Assembly: GCF_006345805.1 (NCBI RefSeq)
Contig: NC_043018.1
Location: 9,734,001-9,798,000 of the forward strand
Direction of reading: 5' to 3'
Length of the DNA: 64,000 nt
DNA from: Octopus sinensis
Lineage: Eukaryota
The notes beneath the pieces are model-generated. The model did no database searches and had not been told where the DNA came from. It saw nothing but the letters and a program-made list of their open reading frames with translations. Below, in pieces: positions 12,401 to 25,899 of the stretch; the first letter of the stretch is position 1; every line of letters starts with the position of its first letter. A program made the translations under genes and the position numbers.

Positions 12401-15400
12401 TCAGTTTCTTTTGCTGTTTCTCCGTGAAGTATGTATGTATTCATGAATGACGATGGAAGGAAGGATTTTTCTGTGAGTTTTATTTAAGTTTTTCTTGAGA
12501 GGGTTCAAGCCGGTCGCTAACAAAAAGGCAAAACTTCTTGAGTTAAGAGAGACTCCGGTGTTTGTAAATATCTTGTTGAGTTGGTGTGTTGGTTGAACTG
12601 CCAATGCATACATCAAGTGTTTGCTGCTATCCACCTAAAGAATATCGGCTGGAGAATTTTTGGAATATCTTACAGATCTTCATTGTGCCACTAATAGAAT
12701 GAATTTGGAGAATCTGCATCAGTTTCTTTTGTTGTTTCTCCGTGAAGTATGTATGTATGCATGCTTGAATGAATGAATGATTTTTCTTTGAGTTTTATTT
12801 AAGTTCTTCTTGAACCAGTCTTCTTCAAGACACTCGCTAACAAAGCAACAAGAAGTATGTATGTACGTGTGTGTGTCTGTGTGTGTGCATATGTATGTAT
12901 GTGTATGACAGGCTTCCTTACACGTTTCCTTTTTTTGTATTCACTGACAAGCCACTGGTCCGTTCTTGGTTACTGGAGAAGGCACTAACCCAAGGTGCCA
13001 TGCAGTGGGAACCGAACACAAGATCGCATGGTAACTAAGCAAACCCTGTACCCACTTAGCCACGAATAGATACAGAAATAAAAGGAAGAAAAGTAAAGCA
13101 AAACTATGATGGTTGATGACATAAAAATGGTGATTTTTTTCGGTAAATAATTGAATGAAATGTTGGATTGTTTTGATGCAGAATTGAGAGATTATTCGCA
13201 GTAGTTGTTAGCTTGTGAGATGGCGTTTGTTGTGTTAGTCTGGTTGTCATCAAAATGAAATGTTCTGATTAAAGGGATAAGAAAATAATGAGATGAAGAG
13301 GCCACATCATCAGTGATGGTGAATGTAGATAGTGCTCTTGTAAATAGGGTTGGAAGGGTGAAGATATGGTTGCGAGTATTAATAGTGAAGGTGGTGGTGG
13401 TGGCAGTTGTGGTGGTTCTGAAGATCTAACAATGAGACCACAATTCTTTGTTAAATATAATGTACTTAAGAGATAAGTTTTTTTAATTTTTAATTTTATT
13501 TTATTTTAGCGGAGAATATTAATAATGCTGGAATTTACTCTAACAAGGAATCAAAATTGTATTCATTTGAAAGAAATTTATCTGTGTGTATGTGGGAGGG
13601 AGAAGGAAAGAGTGTGTGTGTGTGTGTTTGTTTAGTCTTGAAATGAACTCGTTTTGTCTAATTCTGCCCCACTTCCCCTACTTTTTGGCTCTACACTCTA
13701 ACCACTATGCCAAGTTCTTTCTCCACCAAAACGTTGTTCCTCTGGAATTTTCACCTTGCCAATCATATCTCCCCTGCAGATATTGACCTGCAAATGTTTG
13801 AACCGAACATAATTAGTATGAAGCTCACCTGTCTCACCTGAGAGGGGCCTGCAGAAATCATAGGCACCGACTGTTCCTTCGGGTTCAGCAAGCATAAAAT
13901 AAAAACAAAAAAGGAGCTTAACCTTTTTATTTACCATATTTCTAATGAAATAAAGAATTTACTAAAATAACTTTGCCATTATATTTATGGGTGAAGGCGC
14001 ATGACTCAGTGGTTAGAGCACCGGGCTCACAATCATGAGGTAGGGAGTTCGATTCCCAGACCAGGCTGTGTGTTGTGTTCTTGAGCAAGACACTTTATTT
14101 CAGATTGCTCCAGTTCCCTCAGCTGCAGAAATGAGTTGCAACGTCACTGGCGCCAGGCTATATCAGCCCCTTTGCCTTTCCCTTGGATAATAACATCCGT
14201 GATATGGAGAGGAGAGTCTGGTATGCGTAGGTGACTGCTGGTCTTCCATAAACAACCTTGCCCAGACTTGTGCCTCAGAGGAGAACTTTCTAGGTTCAAT
14301 TCCATGGCCATCCATGACCGAAGAGGGTCTTTACCCTTTATATATATGTATATATATATATTTCTGGACCAGGTTGTTTGTTGTGTTCTTGAGCAAGACT
14401 TTATTTTCACATTGTTCAGTTCACTCAGCCGTAGAAATGAGTTGCAATGTCACTGGTGCCAAGCCATATCAGCCTTTGCCTTTCCCTTGGATAACATTGA
14501 TGGTGTGGAGGGGAGGGAGGGAGGCATGCATGGGCGACTACTGGTCTTCATTAAACAACATTGCCTGGACCTGTGCCTTGGAAGGGAACATTCTAGGTGC
14601 AATCCCATGGTCATTTATGACAGAAGGGGGTCTTTACCCTTTACTCTATATTTCTGGATATATCTTACTGGCATCCGAGCATGATCATTGCCAGAGCGGC
14701 TATCTAGCCTCCATGCCAGTGGCATATAAATGACACCATTCGAGCGTGATCATTACCAGCATCGCCTTACTGGCACCTGTGCCGGTGGCATGTGTAAAAG
14801 ATTCGAGCGAGGTCGTTGACAGTACCACCTGACTGGCCCCGTGCCGGTGGCACGTAAAAGCACCCACTACACTATTGGAGTGGTTGGCATTAGGAAGGGC
14901 ATCCAGCTGTAGAAACTCTGCCAGATCAAGATTGAAGCCTGGTGCAGCCATCTGGTTTGCCAGCCCTCAGTCAAATCGTCCAACCCATGCTAACATGGAA
15001 AGCTGACGTTAAACGATGATGATGAGGAGGAGGATTTGTGCTGGAAGCATGTCTTCAAGGTTCAGGTAGAGTTACACTGAAGCAGGTCAACTTCAAGTAT
15101 TTCGGTGCCGTTTTCAAGACTGATGGAAAATAGGAAGTAGAATTAAGCGCAAGAATTGCAGGAGTTGGTGCATTACTGCACCAGCTTCAACATTTGGTCA
15201 ACAGGAAGGGGGGAGGGAGGGGAAAAGCCAACTCACTGCTTTCAGTTTGGTGTTTGTGCCCCGCCCTTAATTGTGGAGGTGTATGGCTTAGTGGTTCAGA
15301 TAACTGAAACAAGTAAAAGTATAAAAGAATAAATTATATATGTGTTTATTTTTATGTTTTGTGTTTTCCTTTGTCTTTTGGCAGAACTTGAAGTTGTACA

Positions 15401-18400
15401 GTAGCAACTACGAAGAAACAGTCAAGTCCTCAACAGAACAGCAACAGGTCATGCTACAGCTAACGAACCCTCCACTTACCTACACATCTAAAGCATATTT
15501 CGAGAAGTAAGTTTCTTGGTTTTTAAAAAAAAAATTTCTTTTTTGTATTTCTGTCGGTTGCTCTTTACAAAAACAACAACAATAATAACTGCCATCACCT
15601 CCACAACCATTACCACTACTACAACTGATACCACCACCAGCACTGCTGCCCACACTAGCATCACCGCCATGGCCACCACCACCACCACCACCATTGCCAA
15701 CACCATCACCATTACAACCTTTGCCACTAACTCCAACATCATCATCACCACCACCACCACCACAATCAACACCATCTCCATCACCACTACCACAATTAAC
15801 ATCTCCCACCACCACCACAATCAGCACCGTTTCCACCACCACCACCACCACAATCAACACTGTCTCCACCACTACCACAATTAACATCTCCCACCACCAC
15901 CACAATCAGCACCGTCTCCACCACAACCACCACAATCAACACCATCTCTCACACCTACCCTACAATGTCTTTCTAAAAATGAACAATCACATCAGTATCA
16001 TCTTGAAGCTTTGAGAGAATGCCTGATTCGCCATGCCCTTCCTAATGCATTAGGAAGGGCATCCGGCTGTAGAGACTCTGCCAGATCAGATTGGAGTCTG
16101 GTGCAGCCATCTGGTTCACCAGTCCTCAGTCAAAATCGTCCAACCCATGCCAGCATGGAAAGCGGACATTAAACGACGATGATGATGATGATGATGATTG
16201 ATTGAAAATAATGTGAATAAGTAAGTATTGCCTTTGACAGAATAATCTGAATGCTAGAAGGTTAAATATTCTGTTGACATTGTGTTTTTGCAGAGCAAAA
16301 CCCATAGAAATCAACCAAGACACGAGTAAATCTTCAAATTTTACAGTAAAGGCTGAGATCTACATCTCAGAACGCTTCTCCTCCAGCAAACAGACGAATG
16401 ACAGAATTGACAAACTGAAATCAGGGAATGGGAGTTTGACGAAGGCATACGACGATGACGTCGATGGATGTCAGCTGACAGCAACTAAGAACAAAGAAAA
16501 CCACCAAATGAAACCTTTTGCCATCACTGGAGTCCTTGACCATCAGAATCGACCCATAAGTCTTCTTAAAGCTTTTACAGAAGGCATTTTGGATCAAGTC
16601 CGTGGTACGTACACCAACCCCAAAACGGGGGCAGTCATATCCATTCCTGAAGCAATAAGTCGAGGTCTTATTGTTGTTAATTACAAAGACGAACTTGGTG
16701 ACAGTAAAGAGAAAGCTCAGTCAAATGGCATTGGTACACCTGCAAATCATATCGACAGCAGTTCAATCCTTGCATCAGGTAAGATATTGGATTTCATATT
16801 GATAACTTTGTTTTTATTGAAACTTCATTGATTGATTGATTGATTGATTGATTGCTGTTGGTCTTGAGGGGAAATAGCAATTGAGAGTATTTTCAAAGAT
16901 TAGACTTGCCCAACATAAAACAATACAGGACTGATACAATGAGAGGTTCTGATATTTCAAGTTTATTGAACCTATTCGTATGGAAAAATTGACATTAGAT
17001 TATTTCTCTTTCATGTACCATTTCTACAGGCACCGGCAATCATGGAACCTTCGTGCCAAAGTCTGAAGATTCATGATTTTTCATGGGAAAGATGCAACAG
17101 TAATTTCCCATCGCTTTCCGTTAATTTTTAAAAGTTCATTCTCCTCATCCCCTATTCTTCCACACTTTCTCTTGAGGTACAGGGTCCATTTAATTAACCC
17201 TTACATAGGGGGGTGGGGGTGAGTCACATGATATCAACAACAACAAATAAAACAAATGTTAATTCTTTTTGCTTTTACCATGGAGAATTTATTGGAATTA
17301 ATGCTTAGCTAAAGTTCATTTAGCAGTACGCATGGCTGTGTGGTTAAGAAGTTTGCTTCCCAACCACATGGTTCCGGGTTCAGTCCATTGCATAGCAAGT
17401 TGTCTTCTGCTATAGCCTCGGGTGGATGCAAACTGAAAGAAGCTCATTGTATATGTGTGTGTGTTTGTGTCTCCTTCTCTTGACATCAAGTGATAGCTGT
17501 AAACAAGTGGCATTGTCATGCAAGCAGTGTAATTTATTTCCAATCTTCCATGAAAACATGTCCGGCCTCAGGGAAATATTGCTTTGCTTTGAAACAGGTG
17601 AGGGTCGATGACAGGAAGGGTATCGGTCATAAGGAATCTGCCTTGATAAATTCTGTGCAACCCATGCAAACATGGAAAAGTGGATGTTAGAATGAAAAAA
17701 AAAGAATAAATAGATGGAATAGCAACATTTGCCTGGATACGATGTCAGGCTCCTTCCCTTCCTCTGTGTTGATGTTTCTAACGAAATCTATTATTTTAAT
17801 CTTTTTCCAGGGATTGTCGATCCTCGAACTGGTGAAGTGATGAGCATAAAGCAAGCAATTGCATCTGGCATTTTGAACATGACATCAGGTAAATACATAA
17901 ATCCAATCACCAAGGAAGAAATGCCTCTTCTGGAAGCAGTTAAGACCGGATATGTCCAGATCAATCCGAGCGTTATCGAGGCTTTGTCAGAGCCAGGAGT
18001 TTACACCCAGTTTCAGCTTGGAGATGTCACATATGTTGTAGACAACATCGTTGATCCTTCAACCAAGGCCAACATATCATTGAAGAGAGCCATCAGTGAT
18101 AACATCATTGACTTGAACACAGGAACTTATCGTAACCCTGTGGACGGTGAAAGTATACCAGTGTCGGAAGCCGTTTCCAAAGGCTTAATTGCTATCCATC
18201 CATTGAACCCTAACATCGACAAAAACAACAACAACACAATTTGTGTCAAAGAACTGCGAGTGAAACAAGAGCGATATATTGCAGCTCACACAGAGGCTGT
18301 GCTTTTAAATTGTGATAATGTAGATTCTTCACGTCCTGATCCAAACGTTGCTATATATGAAAAACTCAGTAAAAAAGTTGATCTCAATTTGAAAGGAATC

Positions 18401-21400
18401 AAAGATCCAAACACATCAAAGTCTTTAACAATCGATGAAGCTTACCAAAAAGGCGTCTTGAACTTTGCAAAAATATCATATGATCAAATGGACGGAGAAC
18501 TGATACCGTTGCCTGAGGCCACAGCCAAAGGCGTTGTAGAATCTAACGTTCTGAAAGAGATTCTCTCTGCGTATGAAGAATCCAGCGTTGGAGTGCTCAT
18601 CGACAAAGGAGTATTTGATTCCGAAACAGGTTTGGTAACTGATGTCAGTAATGGACAAACTGTATCCATTCATACTGCAGTTCAACAGGAAATTATTCAT
18701 CCAGAAATGACATATTTTTATGAAGTGCCTTCCAATCAGATACTGAGTCTGTCAGGAGCGATCGAAAATGGCCGATACGATATAATCACAGGTAAATACG
18801 TGAAAGCCCACACGCACGAAGAAATGGATTTGAAGAAAGCCGCAGAGAAAGGGTTAATACGAACGCACATTGATCCCGAAGAAATTTCCAAAGTCTGTGA
18901 GTCGTTGAACCATCTTCGACATTACATGAACACCGATATAAAAGGAGTGGTGATGCCAAACTCCAACGAAGTGGTCAGCATTGATGAAGCTGTCCGAGCT
19001 GGAGTGCTTGATTTGACGAAATGTCTTTATGTCAACGAGACTCTTGGAGAGAAGATGCCATTAATCAAAGCTGTAAAATCAGAGAAAATCGAGGTGCCAG
19101 TAGCTCTTCAGTTGTTCAGTGCCTTAAATAAAATGTCTCTGTTCCAGCAGTTAATGGACAATAAAATCCATCCAGTCACCGGTTTGGTCAGTTTGCCAAA
19201 CTCTGCTACCACTCTAACGATCAAACAAGCTACAGAAGCCGGCTATCTTCAACCTGATCATCTATACTTTATTGATCAGACCTCTGGTGAAATTGCTACG
19301 GTGGCATCGTACACAGATGAAGGAAAGTTCAATCCTGAGAATGGCACATTCTTGAACAACCAAACTGGCAAGTTTTGCACAATATCACAGGCTATTGAAG
19401 AAGGACTTATTGATGCTTCCGTCGCACCTGAAAAATACATCGAAAATGCCCCGACGCTTCGAGAGTTGATTGACAAGCGTAAAATAAACCCAAGGAATTC
19501 CGTTTTCGTTGCACCGGAAGGTCAAGAAATCCCGTTGAGAAATGCGATGGCTGATGGTTTCCTCACGATGAATTCCAAAGTGAGGATAGATCAGAAAAAT
19601 GGCTGTGTGACATTGGCATCAAACGAAGAGGTTGTGAAGGCGTTGGTCCGCGTCAAAGAAAAGGCTGCATGGCTGTCGGAAGTGGAAAAATTGTTGGTTT
19701 CTCAAACAAAACCGAGCGAAAATCTGGAACATTTGAAGAAGCAACAAATTGAAACGAAGGTAAGACTCGACAAAATAAAATTTTGGTTTTCTTTTTCTAT
19801 TTTACTTTTCTGAATTTATTGAGTTCAGAATTAATTTTTTCAAAAATATTTAAAAACACTTTTGAAGTCTTGTACATTTCATGCCATTGTGTCGTGCGTT
19901 CTGGGTCATGTGATTGTTGTTTAGCCCTGGGTCAGCCCTGTTAAAGCAAACCTATGATCAAAGGCATTCCAGTTAGGGCTGCCCTGTCATTTCCTTCTGG
20001 GCTTTCCCTCGATATAACTCGACAAAATCAAAACATTTCACTTGCGGTATTTCCGTGGGTTGTGGAGTATAGATATAACGAAATTATGCCAGCAATGTCT
20101 CGTTTTAAACTTGAAGAAAAAAAAGCCTTGCATATTTGTTCTTACCTGTTTCAGGTGTGTATGTAAATTCCGCAAATTTCCAAACAGAAAACAGAATCGA
20201 AATGTCATTTGCTTCCACGGAAATACCCGAAGTGAAGTGTTTTGATTTTGTCGAGTTATATCGAAAGAATGCCCCCTTCTGTACATGGAACACAAGAACA
20301 AACATCCTAACAAGTCCTTTCTTTTTTAAACCCATGACGTGCAAATACACACACATCTCTATTTTATTTATTAGCAGATATAGGCCCAGGTGTGGCTGTG
20401 TGGTAAGAAGCTTGCTTCCCAACCACATGGTTCCGGGTTCAGTCCAATTATATAGCACTCTGGACAAGTGCCTTCTACTGTAGCCTCGGAAACTGAAAGA
20501 AGCCCATCGCATATATATGTATTTGTCCCTCCACCATCGCTTGACAACCGATGTTGGTGTGTTTACATCACTGTAACTTAGCAGTTCGGCAAAAGAGACC
20601 GATAGAATAATCACCAAACTTACAAAGGATAAGTCCAGGGGTCGATTTCTTCGACTAAGATTTGGTGCTCCAGCATGGCCACAGTCAAATGACTGAAACA
20701 AGTAAAAGGATAAATATTATTCTTTTTTCATTTTGGTCATTACACTGCGGCCATGCTGGAGCATCACCTTGAAGGGTTTTAGTTAAATTCCCAGGAGTTA
20801 TTTTTTAAAGCCTGGTACTTATTCTATCGATCCCTTTTTGTTGAACTGCTTAGTTGCAGTGACGCAATCATACTGGTTGTCAATCGGTACTGCGAGACAA
20901 ACACAAAGACACACGACGGGCTTCTTTCAGTTTCCATCTACCAAATCCACTCACACGGCTTCGGTCGGCCCGAGGCTATAGTAGACGACACTTGCCCAAG
21001 GTGCCATGCAGTGGAACTGAACTCGGAACCATGTGGTTCAGAAGCAAGCTTCTTACCACGTGCACAAAATCTTATATGGACCCCTCCCCGCAAGGGCCAC
21101 ATGGACCCTGGTTGAGAACCACTGCTCTACATGGTCACTTTACATGTTAGAAATAGCAGCCAAGTCTGCTTCCTCAGACCACACTACTTTCTTAAATAAA
21201 AGGCATGTTGTATAAGATGGTCCTGGAAATACTCTGAAAACCCAGGGGTACCTCATGTTTACCCTGATATAATCTGGATTCAAATCCTGATTAGGACCAC
21301 CTTGTATCAAACCAGATGAGCATTTTGATTGGGGTAGTGACAGGGGTAGCTATCCACATCAGAAAGGACAGTGGGAAATGTTTCCAAAGGTTCGAGTCTT

Positions 21401-21549
21401 CATGAAATAAATCTCCCATCATTTTTTTTCTCTTTATGGATAAACTATTTGTCATCATCACCACCACCACCATCTCCATCATCATCTTCGTCATCACAAC
21501 CACCACCACCAGCATCATCATCATCATCATCATCTTCGTCATCACAACC

Positions 21550-21582
<33 letters not shown>

Positions 21583-21911
21583 GTCATCACCACCACCACC
21601 ACCACCACCACCACCATCATCATCATCACCACCATCACCATCATCACCACCACCATCATCATCATCATCAACATCATCACCATCACCATCATCATCACCA
21701 CCATCACCATCACCATCATCATCATCATCATCATCATCATTACCAATCATAACTGCAGTGGATTGGTAGAACTGCTTGAGCAATTTCGAAAGAAGCGGGT
21801 TAGTTGATACGATCGACCCCACCGCACCGTACCCCCACCCGAATACTACTACTATTACTACAACACTTGCACTTTTACGTTATTTTTAATCGCATCCTCC
21901 CCCATCTCCCC

Positions 21912-21954
<43 letters not shown>

Positions 21955-24181
21955 CAAAGATAAGATAGAGAGGCAAAGTCGACCTTGGCGGGATGTGAAC
22001 TCGGGATATTTATTAAAAGCTCCGGAAGAGATACCATCTGCACATAGTTGCGATGTTTTATGTGGGTGTGTTGTTGAGCACGAAGAATCAGAATGGTGAT
22101 ACGATATGTTATGATCTACATACATGTCAATATACACACACACACGCATAGGTACGTGTGTGTGTATATATATATACACACACACACACACACAAACGAT
22201 GGGCTTCTTTCAGTTTCCACTTTCAAGGCTTTGATCGGCCCGAGGCTATAGCAGACGACACTTGCCCAAGGTGCCACGCTGTGGAACTGAACCCAGAACC
22301 ACGTGGTTAGTAAGCAAGCTACTTTACCACACAGATATGTATCTATGTGTATAAGTGTACTATGTTGCCCATGTTGTATGTATGTCTATGTCTACCTATG
22401 TTCAGTATGCATGTAATCTGTGTTGTGCATGTGTATACACTTCTTGTGTGTATACAAGCGATTTATCTATATAGATACTGTATGTATACCTATGTATGAA
22501 GTCCACGATATGTATGTATATAGTTTCTGAGTGTATATGTATCTAGGTTGTATGTAAGTAATATATGAGGTGTATAAGGCGGCGAGTTGGCAGAAACGTT
22601 AGCACGCCGGGCGAAATGCGTAGCCGTATTTCGTCTGGTATTTCACTCATCCTTACATTCTGAGTTCAAATTCCGCCGAGGTCGACTTTGCCTTTTATCC
22701 TCTCGGGGTCGATAAATTAAGTACCAGTTACGCACTGGGGTCGATGTAATCGACTTAATCCGTTTGTCTGTCCTTGTTTGTCCCCTCTATGTTTCCAACC
22801 ACATAGTTTCCGGGTTCAGTCCCACAGCATGGCACTTTGGGCAAATGACTTCTACAATAGCCTCGGGTCGACCAAAGCCCAGTGAGTGGATTTAGTAGAT
22901 GGAAACTGAAAGAAGCCAGTCGTATGTATATATGGTGGGTAGTAAAGAAGTATATATTTCGTCTAGCTTTACGTTCTGAGTTCAAATTCCTCTGAGGTCG
23001 ACTTTGCCTTTCATCCTCTCGGAGTCGATAAATTAAGTACCAGTTGCGTATTGGAGTCGATCTAATTGATTGGCCTCCTCCCCCAAAATTTCGGGACTTG
23101 TGCCCAGACTATAATAGAATATTTATGTGGATGGAGGGATGTATTTTCTATACTTGTTTTGTCATTAGATTGCGGCCATGCTCGGGCACCGCTTAGAATT
23201 TTTAGGCGAATGAATCAACCCCAATACTTATTTTCTTAAAGCATGGTACTTACTCTATCCGCTAAGTTACGGGGACGTAAACACACCAACACGGGTTGTC
23301 AAGCGGTGGTGGTGGTGGGGTGGGGACAAACACAGACACACATATTCTTTTATTCTTTTACTTGTTTCAGTAATTTGTCTGTGGCCATGCTGGAGCACCG
23401 CTTTTAGTCGAACAAATTGAACTTATTCTTTGTAAGCCCAGTACTTATTCTATCGGTTTGTTTTGCCGAACTGCTAAGTTACGAGGACGTAAACACACCA
23501 TCATCGGTTGTCAAGCATACATACACACACACACACATATACGACTGGCTTCTTTCAGTTTCCATCTACTAAATCCACTCACTGGGCTTTGGTCGGCCCA
23601 AGGTTATTGTAGAAGTCATTTGCCCAAGGTGCCACGCAGTGGGACTGAACCCGGAAACCATGTGGTTGGAAAGTAAGCTTCTTACCACACAGCCACTCCT
23701 GCGCCTACACACACACACACACACAAACGACGGGCTTCTTTCAGTTTCCGTCTGTTCTTGCATGTATGTACATGCGTATCTCCTCCTACCTACCCACCCC
23801 CGATAACTACTACGGGTAGATTTTTCCACCCAGCTGTGCGCCGAGTGTGGAGAGGCGACACTAGCAAAGCAACGTGGCCAACAAGTCAGTTTCACAACGA
23901 CGCCAGTCCGGGTTCGATCCCACGACTTGTGCCTTAACCTCTGATTTGATATTTTGCGAACGACGGGGGTTTGTGTACCTTTATGCCTGTGTGTGTTTAT
24001 ATATTCGTGTGTGTGTGTGTGTGTATATATAATACACACACATGCATAAATATATATATTATACATGCACATACAAATGTGTGTGTGTATACTATGTACA
24101 TATGTTTATATATATACATTTATATATATATATATACACACACACATTTGTATGTACATATTTATATATAGGATCAGCTGA

Positions 24182-24272
<91 letters not shown>

Positions 24273-24583
24273 TGTCTATATATATATATATATATTTATA
24301 TATACACACACATGTATAAGATCAGCCAGGCCTCTACTAAGTCCTACCCCACCATCTTAATAAGTAAAAACGACACACGAGGGCAATATCATGCAACACA
24401 CTCTGTGCCCGAAATAAACTGCAAACCAGGCAGTCACGACTGGCACTCCACTTGTTCAAATGTAGGTCTGTTTTAGATCACAGCCGACCTTGGGTTAAAC
24501 AGCAGCAACAAGTTAACAATTTATACCCGAAATCTCTCTCAACTCCACAGCATTAGACAGCCAACTGCACGAACCGTCAACTC

Positions 24584-24646
<63 letters not shown>

Positions 24647-24830
24647 TATACATGAGCGTGTGTGTGTGTGATGGAGGAGATAGATTTTATTTTAACCTCT
24701 CTCTATGAAAGCAACAGTGTTCGATTGAACTGTTTCCAGACAGTTTTTTTAATTCAATCCTATTTCAGCACATTTAATCTTATTATAGATATTTAGATAG
24801 GGAAAAAAAAAACAACAAAAAAGATATATA

Positions 24831-24866
<36 letters not shown>

Positions 24867-25231
24867 CTGTCCGGTTGTACATCTTAACTTTTATTTTCCA
24901 CCTCGCCAATCAACACCACCACCACCACCACCCTGCAAATCATCTCCTTATTGCTACAAGCTTAAACAGTAGCTTGTTATAGCACATAAAAATTAAAAGT
25001 TAAGGTATGCGGTGCTTGTAACCCGTGCTAACCTATTCCTCAAACCTCTTAACTTTTCACCAATGGATTTGTCCGGCCGCGAAGGGCAAATATCTTATGG
25101 CCAGTGGAACACCTCAATGCCGGGTAAACCCAAGTTTTCTCTTCTTTAACAACATGTCTTCTCTCTCCTTGTCACTCACTCTCATTCCTATCTACCTATC
25201 TATCTATCTAACTACCTATCTATCTAACTAC

Positions 25232-25278
<47 letters not shown>

Positions 25279-25367
25279 CCTATCTATCTATCTACCTATC
25301 TATCTATCTATCTATCTACCTACCTACCTACCTACCTATCTATCTATCTATCTATCTATCTACCTAC

Positions 25368-25447
<80 letters not shown>

Positions 25448-25868
25448 ATCTACCTATCTAGTTTAGCGTTTAACTGTCAGGAAAAGATGAGTGCTTAATC
25501 CCACACTAGAGATTATTAATATTATTTCGGTCGAGGTCAGTCTCTGGCTATTCTGAATTTCACCTGTTTTAGTGAACAAGGGTCTCCAGGTAAGTCATAA
25601 CTTCACTGTGTACCCACCGAGGTAAAACTCAGAGTAGCAGAAGACCGACTCGGCCAATAAATACATACATACATAGTTATAGACTTTTTTTGTTATTCAT
25701 TATAGCTTGTTGCTTGCTGCACGCCATTCCCCGCTGTGTTTATTTTAGTCTTAAAAGTATTTCGGCATTTCGACTACCCCGGGTAGCAATCATTTATTTC
25801 GTCAACACTTAAAGATAGATATAGACGTCAGCCCACCCTGGTTAAAACGTTTATTTACTTTAACCCCT

Positions 25869-25899
<31 letters not shown>

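Noticed and set aside
13995-14070. tRNA gene-like sequence
   Set aside because: The A/B boxes are a SINE head running into the repeat body, with no complete cloverleaf.
17063-17100. CTGAAGA-stem-GAAA hammerhead-like motif
   Set aside because: No stem I partner or correctly placed NUH site could be found.
17729-17810. N-terminal part of the 694-aa ORF (and the C-terminal tails of ORFs at 19760-19813 and 51780-51908)
   Set aside because: Intronic read-through beyond clear splice sites.
21291-21822. Poly-M/V, S/P, I/T and D/G ORFs (also 15480-16014)
   Set aside because: Artefacts of (CAT/CAC)n microsatellites that are open in several frames.
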